Shown: positions 9,608 through 18,533 of the stretch, in pieces | Layout: the number at the start of each line of letters is the position of its first letter | Position numbering within the stretch: the stretch's first letter is position 1 | Assembly (NCBI GenBank): GCA_910576205.1 | Contig: CAJTHL010000010.1 | Coordinates: 72,900 to 136,899, forward strand | DNA from: Clostridia bacterium | GTDB taxonomy: Bacteria; Bacillota; Clostridia; Lachnospirales; Lachnospiraceae | DNA: 64,000 bases | Direction of reading: 5' to 3' | The notes under the pieces: generated by a model | Databases searched by the model: none | The model's input: only the letters and a program-made list of their open reading frames with translations | Told to the model about the DNA's origin: nothing | Position numbers and translations under genes: made by a program

Positions 9608-11176
9608 ATGGAGAAGGGGGATTGGAAAGTGCAGTTAAACGGTGATCTTTTATTCTACTGGATTTCCAGAAAATATCCGGCATCCAAGCATATTTTCGGC
9701 GCTCATCTGGCCAGACCCTGCCAGGTGAGCCGGCCTATGTTCTGGGGAACACCGGACGCTATGCGTGGACATTTTGTAGTGTTAGGACCGGATATAAAAA
9801 GACAAATTGTACACCAACAGCGGGACGCTGTTTTTCTCTGTATCGGGGATTATGGAGAAAAACTGGAAGCTGGAAAAAACGAATACATTGTCGTGCCCTC
9901 CTCCGTCTCCACAGAGCAGGTGTTTAACTATGTTCTGGAAATTTTTGACATGTTTGAGAAATGGGAGGAGCAGCTCAGCCAATCTGTCAACACCTTTTTA
10001 AGCTACAACGCCATTATCCGCAGCTGCGACCAGCTCGTGCAGGATCCCCTGGGCCTTACGGATTCCCAGTTCCGCTATGTCAGCTATTCCAAGCGCCTGG
10101 CTCACGAGACCGGTTTCGAGGAAAAATATGGAACCACCGTGCTGCCCCTGGACACCATCAACATTCTGACCTCCCTCCCCAACTACAAGCAGATGGATGA
10201 GATACCAGATGTGTATAATTACGTGGGCGTGGAAAACATGCTCCATAAAAATATATTTTACAATGGCAGATATATCGGAAAGCTGTCCATTCTCAACAAG
10301 ACAGACCCTGCCCAGAACGCCTATTATTCCCAGATTCTGTTGATTCTTTCCGAATACATTGAACGGCTCTACGCCAAACTGGGGACTTTCTGGCACCGGA
10401 AATCCTCCGATACGAAAATCAAGATGATGCTGTGCAATCTCATCTGCGGCACTGCCACCGACACTAAGTTTCTTTATGAAAAAGCCGGTCGGCTTGGGCA
10501 TAAGAGCGGCGACCAGTATCGTCTGGTACAGCTGAAATCACATTTTTCCGCAAACCACGACAAGCTTAACTCTGTGCTGGCAACCCATATTGAGGATATG
10601 TGGCCCGGCTGTCTGGGGCTTGTCCTAGACGAGCAGTTTTATATTCTGGTAAACCTGTCCGAATTCCTCCGCAGGACAGATACGCCCTTTAAGGAAAAGC
10701 TGGCCCTGTTTCTGCGGGAGAGCCTGCTGGTAGCCGGTCTGAGCCGTTCCTTTACGGACCTGTCCCGGCTTCAGACGGCCAGTAAGCAGACACTGGTGGC
10801 GTTGGAAATGGGCGAGCAGGCCGATCCCTCCTACTGGTATTTTAACTTTGACGACTATGCCTTCCAATACCTGCTTCACAAGGGCTGCCAGGGATTCCGG
10901 CCCGAGCAGGTAATTGCTGCCGAAATCCTTCAGCTTCTGGAATACGACCGTCAAAACGATACGGATCTGAACCATACCTTAAAGACCTATTTCCAGCACT
11001 CCTACAACGCCGTGGCCACCGCGAAAGAACTGTTCATCGCCCGCAGCACCCTTCTCAACCGGCTTGACCGTATCGAAAAGCTCACCGGGCTTGATCTGAA
11101 GTCCTATGAAAAGCGGGTATACCTGGAGCTTTCCTATATGCTGATGGAGGAATTCCTTGTTAAGAAACCATCGTAA
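9608..11176 (+). CDS. PucR/CdaR-family transcriptional regulator
   Basis: 522 aa. C-terminal PucR-type HTH 'AVATAKELFIARSTLLNRLDRIEKLTGLDL'. Divergent from the MFS-SDR-AKR operon. A GTG start at 9635 is an alternative. Confidence 0.7.
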   Translation: MEKGDWKVQLNGDLLFYWISRKYPASKHIFGAHLARPCQVSRPMFWGTPDAMRGHFVVLGPDIKRQIVHQQRDAVFLCIGDYGEKLEAGKNEYIVVPSSVSTEQVFNYVLEIFDMFEKWEEQLSQSVNTFLSYNAIIRSCDQLVQDPLGLTDSQFRYVSYSKRLAHETGFEEKYGTTVLPLDTINILTSLPNYKQMDEIPDVYNYVGVENMLHKNIFYNGRYIGKLSILNKTDPAQNAYYSQILLILSEYIERLYAKLGTFWHRKSSDTKIKMMLCNLICGTATDTKFLYEKAGRLGHKSGDQYRLVQLKSHFSANHDKLNSVLATHIEDMWPGCLGLVLDEQFYILVNLSEFLRRTDTPFKEKLALFLRESLLVAGLSRSFTDLSRLQTASKQTLVALEMGEQADPSYWYFNFDDYAFQYLLHKGCQGFRPEQVIAAEILQLLEYDRQNDTDLNHTLKTYFQHSYNAVATAKELFIARSTLLNRLDRIEKLTGLDLKSYEKRVYLELSYMLMEEFLVKKPS

Positions 11177-11362
11177 GCCAGCCTTAACCAGGCGGGGAAT
11201 CGCCGTAAGCCAAAAAGTCCAGCGCCCTTAAAAATTTAACAGGCTTTACACCAGAACATCCGGAAAAATAATTGTAAAGGGGGAGGCATTATTATATAAT
11301 ACCTTTGGAATTTCCTTTTTTAAGGAAACCCCCGGTATTTTAAAGAAAGAGAGGGCAAAAAT

Positions 11363-12175
11363 ATGAGGGCGACGGTTATTGTGGACAATATCGCAGCGGA
11401 AACACTTAAGGGAGAGTGGGGCCTCTGTATTTATATTGAATATACAGACAGGAAGGTCTTACTGGACGCCGGTTCCTCAAAGCTTTTTGTGGAAAACGCA
11501 GAAAAACTTGGCCTTTCCCTAAAGGACATTGACTACGGCGTTTTGTCCCACGCCCACTACGACCACGGAAACGGGATGATACCCTTTTTCAAAATCAACG
11601 ACAAGGCGAAATTTTATCTGCGGGACGCGTGCGGGGAGAACTGCTACGCAAAAAAATGGATTTTCAGGAAATACATCGGGATTCCCAGAGGGATTCTTAC
11701 AGAATATAAAGACCGTATTGTCCCTGTGGCTGGAGACTGTACCATCGCGGAGGGAATCTATCTTGTTCCCCACAAAACGCCGGGGTTGTCCGCTATGGGC
11801 CAGCGGGAAAAAATGTACCTTAAGGGACGGGACGGATGGCGGCCCGACGATTTTTCCCATGAGCAAAGCCTTGTATTTGACTCCCCCCAGGGCCTAATCA
11901 TTTTCAACAGCTGTTCCCACGGCGGGGCCGACCATATTATCCGCGAGGTCTGCGACACATTTCCAGACAAAAAAGCCTATGCCCTGATAGGAGGCTTCCA
12001 CCTCTTTAACAAACCCCGGGAGGAGGTACTCTCCCTGGCCAGACGGATAAAGGACACCGGCATCCAGACTGTCTATACCGGGCACTGCACGGGAAACCAG
12101 GCCTTTGGAATCTTAAAGAATGTGCTGGGTGAAAAAGTGCAGAAACTTAAGACCGGGCTGGTGATGGATTTCTGA
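11363..12175 (+). CDS. MBL-fold metallo-hydrolase
   Basis: 270 aa. 'HAHYDHGNG' metal-binding motif; RBS AGAGAGGG. Confidence 0.8.
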   Translation: MRATVIVDNIAAETLKGEWGLCIYIEYTDRKVLLDAGSSKLFVENAEKLGLSLKDIDYGVLSHAHYDHGNGMIPFFKINDKAKFYLRDACGENCYAKKWIFRKYIGIPRGILTEYKDRIVPVAGDCTIAEGIYLVPHKTPGLSAMGQREKMYLKGRDGWRPDDFSHEQSLVFDSPQGLIIFNSCSHGGADHIIREVCDTFPDKKAYALIGGFHLFNKPREEVLSLARRIKDTGIQTVYTGHCTGNQAFGILKNVLGEKVQKLKTGLVMDF

Positions 12176-12208
12176 CACAAAATCTGACATAAAACTTGAA
12201 AAAAGTCA

Positions 12209-12237
12209 TTGACATTTTTCCGCAAGAGTGCTAATAT
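12209..12237 (+). promoter_or_regulatory. sigma-A type promoter for the tRNA gene
   Basis: TTGACA - 17 nt - TAATAT, about 45 nt upstream of the tRNA. Confidence 0.55.
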
Positions 12238-12283
12238 AAATAAGCGTTGTGAAATTACACAACATACGGATGTAACGCCGTAG

Positions 12284-12367
12284 GCGGAAGTGTCGGAACT
12301 GGCAGACGAGCAAGACTAAGGATCTTGTGGCATTCGTGCCGTGTGGGTTCAAGTCCCATCTTCCGCA
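12284..12367 (+). tRNA. tRNA-Leu (type II, long variable arm), apparent anticodon AAG; no encoded CCA
   Basis: Cloverleaf folded by eye. Acceptor GCGGAAG/CTTCCGC plus A. D-stem TCG/CGA. Anticodon stem CAAGA/TCTTG with loop CTAAGGA giving anticodon A34-A35-G36. Variable arm TGGCATTCGTGCCGT. T-arm GTGGG-TTCAAGT-CCCAT. Confidence 0.75.
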
Positions 12368-12500
12368 TTTATCTAAGAGGCTGAAAATGTTGATTTTTCA
12401 ATGTTTTTGGCCCTTTTTGTTTAAGCATGTGAAATTTTGTAAAGGCCTCAACTACCTGCTCGTAATCCGTCTCTTCCAGACAGCGGATACCCCGATCCAG

Positions 12501-12773
12501 CTACTTTGCCAACTGCCTTGTGGGGGCATTATAAATAGCGCTTCCCGTAAATATAGCAACGGCAGCTATAAGAACTGCCAGAATTGCCAGAATCACTCCT
12601 TTTCCACGGTGTTTTTTCCTTCCTTTCTTTTTCGGTCTGTATCGCCTGTTGCCCAATCTCATTTTTTCTCCGTTTGGAAGAGTGTATTCCAGATTAACAT
12701 ATGCGCCGCTTAACTGACAAAGCGTGGTTATTGTGGGCATATCCGGGATTCCAAGCGTATTAAACTCTTCCAT
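12501..12773 (-). CDS. small tail-anchored membrane protein (hypothetical)
   Basis: 90 aa. Soluble N-part, K/R-rich stretch, one C-terminal TM 'VILAILAVLIAAVAIF'. In frame with the upstream Cys-rich ORF, separated only by a TAA and 10 codons. Confidence 0.5.
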   Translation of the reverse strand: MEEFNTLGIPDMPTITTLCQLSGAYVNLEYTLPNGEKMRLGNRRYRPKKKGRKKHRGKGVILAILAVLIAAVAIFTGSAIYNAPTRQLAK

Positions 12774-12803
12774 CAGCCGCTTCCTGTATGCAATAAAGCA
12801 GCT

Positions 12804-12935
12804 TTAGCCACCCGATTTATAACACCCGGCGACAATACACTCTCCGCCAAATGGGCGTCCGTCTGTTTCTGTGCATCCTTTACAGCTGCTTTTAAATCCG
12901 CATCCGGTACAATCAATTCCACAAAGCGTTTCCAT
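12804..12935 (-). CDS. 43-aa cysteine-rich (7 Cys) zinc-ribbon-like peptide; not in ORF track (<60 aa)
   Basis: Manual translation: METLCGIDCTGCGFKSSCKGCTETDGRPFGGECIVAGCYKSGG*. Strong RBS AGGAGG 6 nt upstream of ATG. TAA stop at 12804-12806. Confidence 0.5.
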   Translation of the reverse strand: METLCGIDCTGCGFKSSCKGCTETDGRPFGGECIVAGCYKSGG

Positions 12936-13121
12936 TTTGCATTACCTCCTGCCTAAATTCTGCTGGCTATAATCCCGAATTATCCTACCATACCAGCCGT
13001 CAATATTCAATTCCCAGAGGACAGTTTTTTGCTTATATATGTATTTTTTTTCTGCAATCTGGAAAATTCCAGATGCATATAGTATAATACTCTCTATAAA
13101 CAGCAATAGGAGGATTTTATT

Positions 13122-13844
13122 ATGATTCACAGAAAACCATTCCTTTTTACACTTGCCCTGGTGTGTGCCCTGTGCCTTGGGGCCTGTGGGAAAGCCCCGG
13201 CAAATACCCAGCCGCCGGCCGCGCCGGCCGAAACGGAAAAAGAGAACCCAGACAGTAAAAACGCCGATGTGGCGGCCGCACCGGAAACGGAAGCCCCGAC
13301 CCCTACCCCCGCCCCGCCGCCAGACGTTTCCATCCCTCAGGACAACGCCGCCGCCCAGTCCGGAGAAGCCTCCGGCATCACTGTGGAGGAAGCGGAAGGC
13401 ATTGCCCTGGAGCATGCGGGCGTTTCCCGGGAGGAGGTCTCCTATATCCGCACGGAGCTGGACATGGATAACGGCGTACAGGAGTACGAAGTGGAATTTT
13501 ATGTAGGGAGCAAAGAATACGATTACGATATCGATGCGGCCACAGGCAGCATACGCAACTATGACTTCGAGATTGAGAATGATTTCTATCATCACAATGA
13601 TCGCCACCACGGCGGAAACTCCCAGGGCTCTTCCTCCGGCATCACTGAAGATGAGGCAAAAAGAATCGCTCTGGCCCAGGTACACGGCGCGGATTCCTCC
13701 CATATCCGCCTGGAGACAGACTACGACGACGGCTTCCTGATTTACGAGGGAAAAATCGTCTACAACGAAATGGAGTATGAGTTTGAGATCGACGCCGCCA
13801 CGGGAACCATTCTGGAGTGGGACGCAGAATCTGTTTTTGATTGA
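13122..13844 (+). CDS. lipoprotein with two PepSY domains
   Basis: Lipobox 'LCLGACGK', Pro/Ala-rich linker, two 'GITVEEAEGIAL.../GITEDEAKRIALAQV...' PepSY-like repeats. RBS GGAGG. Confidence 0.75.
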   Translation: MIHRKPFLFTLALVCALCLGACGKAPANTQPPAAPAETEKENPDSKNADVAAAPETEAPTPTPAPPPDVSIPQDNAAAQSGEASGITVEEAEGIALEHAGVSREEVSYIRTELDMDNGVQEYEVEFYVGSKEYDYDIDAATGSIRNYDFEIENDFYHHNDRHHGGNSQGSSSGITEDEAKRIALAQVHGADSSHIRLETDYDDGFLIYEGKIVYNEMEYEFEIDAATGTILEWDAESVFD

Positions 13845-13951
13845 GAAAAGGCTGATAAAGCCTTATATTTCCCTTGAAATACCAACGATTTTATGTATAA
13901 TAGAATGAGTGGCTTCAAACATGAAAATACAGAAAAACAGAGGATTTCAAC

Positions 13952-15589
13952 ATGATTAGCGCAAATAATGTAACTTTGAGGCTTGGTAAGAAGGCCTTAT
14001 TTGAGGATGTAAATATCAAATTCACCCAGGGAAACTGCTACGGACTTATCGGAGCCAACGGCGCGGGCAAATCCACCTTTCTCCGGATTCTCACCGGGGA
14101 GCTGGAACCCACCCAGGGGGATATCGTCATTACCCCGGGAGAGCGCCTCTCCTTTCTGAAGCAGAATCATTTCGCCTACGACGAATACACGGTTCTGGAT
14201 ACGGTTATTATGGGCAACGCCCGTCTCTACGAGATTATGAAGGAAAAGGACGCCATCTATATGAAGGAGGATTTTTCCGACGAGGACGGCATCCGTGCCA
14301 GCGAGCTGGAGGCAGAGTTCGCCGACATGAACGGCTGGGAGGCAGAATCCGACGCCGCCACCTTGTTAAACGGCCTGGGAATCGACGCCGAGCTGCACTA
14401 TAACCTTATGAAGGATATGCCCGGCGCACAAAAAGTCAAGGTGCTGCTGGCCCAGGCTTTGTTCGGAAATCCCGACATCCTTCTGCTGGATGAGCCTACG
14501 AACCACCTGGATCTGGACGCCATAGCCTGGCTGGAGGAGTTTCTTATTAATTTCAACAACACGGTAATCGTGGTCTCCCATGACCGCTACTTCCTGAACA
14601 AGGTGTGTACGCATACGGCGGACATTGACTACGGCAAAATCCAGCTCTACGCAGGAAACTATGATTTCTGGTATGAGTCCAGCCAGCTTCTTATCCGCCA
14701 GATGAAGGAGGCAAACAAGAAGAAGGAAGAAAAGATCAAGGAGCTGCAGGAGTTTATCTCCCGCTTCAGCGCCAACGCTTCCAAGTCCAGGCAGGCAACC
14801 TCCAGAAAGCGCGCCCTGGAAAAAATCCAGCTGGATGAGATCAAACCCTCCAGCCGGAAATATCCCTACATTGATTTCCGGCCCAACCGGGAGATCGGCA
14901 ACGAGGTGCTGACGGTGGAAGGCATTTCCAAGACCATCGACGGCGTAAAGGTGCTGGATAATATTTCCTTTATCATGGGACACGACGACAAGATTGCCTT
15001 TGTGGGCAGCAATGAATTTGCCAAAACCACCCTTTTCCAGATTCTCTCCGGGGAGATGGAGCCGGACGAGGGCTTCTACAAATGGGGCGTTACCACCAGC
15101 CAGGCGTATTTCCCCAAGGACAATTCTGCGGAGTTTGACAACGACGATACCATCGCCGACTGGCTGACCCAGTATTCCGAGATCAAGGACGCCACCTATG
15201 TGCGGGGCTTCCTGGGAAGAATGCTCTTTGCCGGGGAGGACGGCGTCAAGAAGGTAAAAATTCTCTCCGGAGGGGAGAAGGTGCGCTGCATGCTCAGCAA
15301 GCTGATGATTTCCGGCGCCAACGTGCTCATCCTGGATGAGCCCACCGACCACCTGGATATGGAATCCATCACCGCATTAAACAACGGCATGATAAAATTC
15401 CCAGGGGTGCTGCTTTTCTCCTCCCGTGACCATCAGATCGTACAGACCACGGCCAACCGCATTATCGAGCTGATGCCCGACGGAACCATGATCGACAAGA
15501 TCACCACCTACGACGAGTATCTGGAAAACGACGCCATGGCCAGAAAACGGACTGTTTACACGGCCAAAAAGGACGAGGACGAAAATTAA
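13952..15589 (+). CDS. ABC-F family ATPase (EttA/Uup-like, two ABC domains, no TMD)
   Basis: 545 aa. Two Walker A motifs (GANGAGKST; GSNEFAKTT), two signatures (LSGGEK...), inter-domain linker with K/E-rich coiled segment. Confidence 0.85.
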   Translation: MISANNVTLRLGKKALFEDVNIKFTQGNCYGLIGANGAGKSTFLRILTGELEPTQGDIVITPGERLSFLKQNHFAYDEYTVLDTVIMGNARLYEIMKEKDAIYMKEDFSDEDGIRASELEAEFADMNGWEAESDAATLLNGLGIDAELHYNLMKDMPGAQKVKVLLAQALFGNPDILLLDEPTNHLDLDAIAWLEEFLINFNNTVIVVSHDRYFLNKVCTHTADIDYGKIQLYAGNYDFWYESSQLLIRQMKEANKKKEEKIKELQEFISRFSANASKSRQATSRKRALEKIQLDEIKPSSRKYPYIDFRPNREIGNEVLTVEGISKTIDGVKVLDNISFIMGHDDKIAFVGSNEFAKTTLFQILSGEMEPDEGFYKWGVTTSQAYFPKDNSAEFDNDDTIADWLTQYSEIKDATYVRGFLGRMLFAGEDGVKKVKILSGGEKVRCMLSKLMISGANVLILDEPTDHLDMESITALNNGMIKFPGVLLFSSRDHQIVQTTANRIIELMPDGTMIDKITTYDEYLENDAMARKRTVYTAKKDEDEN

Positions 15590-15604
15590 AATCCCATTAC
15601 CCAA

Positions 15605-15643
15605 AAGACACCTGTGCAGTTTTTCTGCAAGGTGTCTTTTTTA
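15605..15643 (+). terminator. rho-independent terminator (probably bidirectional)
   Basis: Hairpin agacacct...aggtgtct followed by TTTTTT; lies between convergent genes. Confidence 0.6.
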
Positions 15644-15675
15644 TCCTCTCCTTAGGGCAGGACTTCCGGGCCCTG

Positions 15676-15987
15676 CTATTTAAAGCGGTTCTTCAAAGCC
15701 TCCTCCCACTCCCCCTGACGGGCCTCATAGCATTCGTTGAGATATGCCACCGCCTGGGCAAACCCCTCCTCCGTAAAGGGAAAGTCCTGGTACTCCTTTT
15801 TTTCCTCCGGCGTACATTCAAAACACAGGGGCTCCGGGTAAATGGCAAGGGCAAGTACCTTCTCCTCCTCTTCTCCCCTGGTCCGTGTCTCCTTACTCAT
15901 GCGGTAGCGCATGCCGCAAAAGCTTCCCGTATATACGCCCCGGTTGATGTAGGGCAGGCCGGCCTGTCCGTGTAAGTCTATTTTCAT
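15676..15987 (-). CDS. hypothetical protein
   Basis: 103 aa ORF, acidic C-terminus, no recognisable motif. Confidence 0.4.
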   Translation of the reverse strand: MKIDLHGQAGLPYINRGVYTGSFCGMRYRMSKETRTRGEEEEKVLALAIYPEPLCFECTPEEKKEYQDFPFTEEGFAQAVAYLNECYEARQGEWEEALKNRFK

Positions 15988-16168
15988 GGAAATCCTCCTA
16001 TTTCTTGACTTCTGTCCCTAATTGTATGCTATAATTTTATCCGTTTTCACCATTTTTTTCAATACACAAACCCATTTAACAAAGCAATAAAAAGAGCCGC
16101 CTTTTTGTAAAAGCAGCTCCTTATGGCTATCTCTGGTCTGTTCTGGATTTCCATCCCAAAATCCTCCC

Positions 16169-16924
16169 CTACACCGGCACCAGCTTACCGTGAAGCACAG
16201 ACCTGGCATTGTTAAACACATAGGCGCAGGTGGACAGCAGCACATAGCGCTCCCCCTCTCCAGGCTCCACATCCGCCTCAAAGTCGGATTTCGCCAGGGC
16301 ATTTCCGATATACTGGTCCAGCTCCTCCCCGGCTCCCTGGAAAATGGCGTAGGTATCCGACCCGGCCTTGGTGGTATAGCCGCTAAAAAGGACGATCTTG
16401 TAATTCTGTTCTGGCGTCAGCAGCCACATAAAGGGATGTTCCTCGTAAAACTGCTGATCCGCCCACTCCCCCAGAGGGGCGAACATGGTCTTGTTCAGCA
16501 TATGATGACCGTAGATAATGGTGTTGGAATCCGAAAAATCCGGCTGGTTTCCACAGTCTATAAAAATCGACCCGGAGGTGGTGTAGGTGCCGTCGTAGGC
16601 GTGCTTGAGATAATACTGGTTGTCGCTCCCCTGCACCACAGGGTAGTTGATAACCGTGCCCTCACAGTAAATCCAGCCGATCACATGTTCATTTTCCTGG
16701 CGCAGAGCATCAAAATCCACCTCAATGGGCGGAACCTCTACCGTCTCCTCCTTAATGTCCTCCTCATGCCTTGGGACATTGACGGCCGTAAACTGCTTCA
16801 TGGCCTGGCTGTAAAGCTGTTCGTCCGTATGATACTGATGCTGCGCGTAAAGAATCACGCCCACAGACCCCACAAACACCAGAAGAAGCAGCATTGTCAG
16901 CAGGCGCCTTATTTTCCGAAACAT
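16169..16924 (-). CDS. class B sortase
   Basis: 251 aa. N-terminal TM anchor; 'IYGHHM' and 'LLSTCAY' (TLxTC catalytic Cys) motifs. Confidence 0.8.
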   Translation of the reverse strand: MFRKIRRLLTMLLLLVFVGSVGVILYAQHQYHTDEQLYSQAMKQFTAVNVPRHEEDIKEETVEVPPIEVDFDALRQENEHVIGWIYCEGTVINYPVVQGSDNQYYLKHAYDGTYTTSGSIFIDCGNQPDFSDSNTIIYGHHMLNKTMFAPLGEWADQQFYEEHPFMWLLTPEQNYKIVLFSGYTTKAGSDTYAIFQGAGEELDQYIGNALAKSDFEADVEPGEGERYVLLSTCAYVFNNARSVLHGKLVPV

Positions 16925-16954
16925 AGTCTGTCCATTCCTTCCTGCATGATTATT

Positions 16955-17503
16955 CTATCCTTCTCTTCTGCGCTCCCGCATCCTTCCTGCCAGGATGTTA
17001 AACATCACCCCGCAGGCGGCAAAGCAGATCACATAAATCTTTCCCACGGAGCTGGTGTAAATCTCCAGAAACCGTCCAAAAAAAGGATAGTGGCGACTGA
17101 CCCTTCCAATCAGCGCGGAATAGTCCGCCTTTTCCATATCCTCCTCAGCGTTGGCGTCCCCCTTGGTGGTAAATTTTCCCTCCACCACCTGGTTTTCTAC
17201 CACCCGGTGGATAATGACAGAGTCGCCGCTTTGAAAGGCGATAACGTCGCCGCCGGCCACATCCTCGGCCCGCACGCCCTCCACATAGACTACGCTCCCC
17301 ACGGGAATCTCCGGCTCCATACTGCCGCTGACCACGTTGTAGATGCCGTAGCCCAGGAAGCGGGGCAGCGTAAGCGCCAGGCACAGGGCCAGTACGGCCA
17401 TTAGAATAAGGACTCCTAAAATATTGCAGAGCGAGGGAAGAAATCCCCCGCCCCCTTTTTTTCTCCGGGACAGCAAAGCATCATCCATGCCATTCATATA
17501 CAT
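16955..17503 (-). CDS. signal peptidase I, SipW (archaeal/ER-type)
   Basis: 182 aa. 'VVSGSMEPEIPVGSVVYV' catalytic Ser region, 'DVIAFQSGDSVIIHRVV'. Next to SipW-cognate substrates. Confidence 0.75.
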   Translation of the reverse strand: MYMNGMDDALLSRRKKGGGGFLPSLCNILGVLILMAVLALCLALTLPRFLGYGIYNVVSGSMEPEIPVGSVVYVEGVRAEDVAGGDVIAFQSGDSVIIHRVVENQVVEGKFTTKGDANAEEDMEKADYSALIGRVSRHYPFFGRFLEIYTSSVGKIYVICFAACGVMFNILAGRMRERRREG

Positions 17504-18533
17504 CTTCTTCTCTCTCCTCTTTGCGTCGGAAAAACAGGAAATAAGCCCCCAGGCTCACCAGCAGAATCACCAGGGAACATACGCCGAACCTGGCGGCCGT
17601 AGGCATGGCCATCATTCCCATCAGAACGGCAAAGTCTTTGGAATCCACGCTGGAACCCTCTGCCTCTTCGCCGCCTCCTGTATTTCCTGCCAGAGGTACA
17701 GACGGATTATCTATATCCACCAGATCAAAGGGTGTTGCGGGCAGGCTCTCTCCGCCGGGCTCCTCCCCGGCTTCCTCTTCCTCCCCCTGGTTTTCCTGGG
17801 CAGTATTTCCGCCGCCTCCGGCTCCGCCTGTGGCAGTATTCCCTCCGGTTGTTGTGGTGGTGGTATTTGTGGTGGTTGTCGTAGTCGTGGTGGTGGTAGT
17901 GCCGCCAGCCTCAGCCTCCACGCGGCTGTACACAAAGGTAAATACATTGTCCGCGGCATTTGCCTTTAAGGTTCCCGTCAGATTGTAGGCCTGGGGCTGA
18001 TACCCCTCAATATACAGGTGGGCGATTACCGGGCGGTCCCCCACGTTTCCGTAATACGTCTCGTCCGGGGCCAGCTCCTTTCCCGAGGAATCCTGGAATT
18101 TCACCGTGTAGGCCACAGACTCCCCCTTCATGCCGTAGGCAATAACATAATCCGCGTCCTCAGTCACCGTGAAAAAGGATTTTGCCACTTCCTCTGCCAC
18201 ATTATTGTCACGGCCGCTCTTGCGGATTCCCTTCACATAATATTTGCTGTCGTCGCTGACGGCAATACTGATATTGTGGGTCTCCCGGCTGCCTCCCCTG
18301 GAAATCGTCACCGTATTCTGGCGAAAGCTCACCGTGTCCCCATAAGACAAACCCTCCCAGGCCACCTGCCCCTCGTTATTGATGGAGCCCTGGGCCCCGG
18401 AAAGCAGGCGGATTTTGTAGGTATAGGCATCCTCCGCCCTGGCGGAAATGGGGAACATGCCCGCCAGGCAGACAAAAGCTGTCAGAAAAACAAGCCCTTT
18501 ACTGAATAAAGAATTTCTCTTCTTTCTCATCAC
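17481..18533 (-). CDS. cell-surface protein with Thr-rich linker and C-terminal TM/charged tail
   Basis: 350 aa. Signal peptide; poly-Thr (TTTTTTTTTTTNTTTTTT) plus Gly/Glu-rich low complexity; C-terminal hydrophobic segment + RRKEEREE tail. No canonical LPxTG. Confidence 0.6.
   Translation of the reverse strand: MMRKKRNSLFSKGLVFLTAFVCLAGMFPISARAEDAYTYKIRLLSGAQGSINNEGQVAWEGLSYGDTVSFRQNTVTISRGGSRETHNISIAVSDDSKYYVKGIRKSGRDNNVAEEVAKSFFTVTEDADYVIAYGMKGESVAYTVKFQDSSGKELAPDETYYGNVGDRPVIAHLYIEGYQPQAYNLTGTLKANAADNVFTFVYSRVEAEAGGTTTTTTTTTTTNTTTTTTGGNTATGGAGGGGNTAQENQGEEEEAGEEPGGESLPATPFDLVDIDNPSVPLAGNTGGGEEAEGSSVDSKDFAVLMGMMAMPTAARFGVCSLVILLVSLGAYFLFFRRKEEREEDVYEWHG

Noticed and set aside
12942-13703. 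253-aa minus-strand ORF
   Set aside because: Antisense to the PepSY lipoprotein gene, which has lipobox, RBS and domain repeats.
14366-15352. 328-aa minus-strand ORF
   Set aside because: Antisense to the ABC-F gene, which has two complete ABC cassettes.
16190-17404. 404-aa plus-strand ORF
   Set aside because: Antisense to the sortase B and SipW genes.
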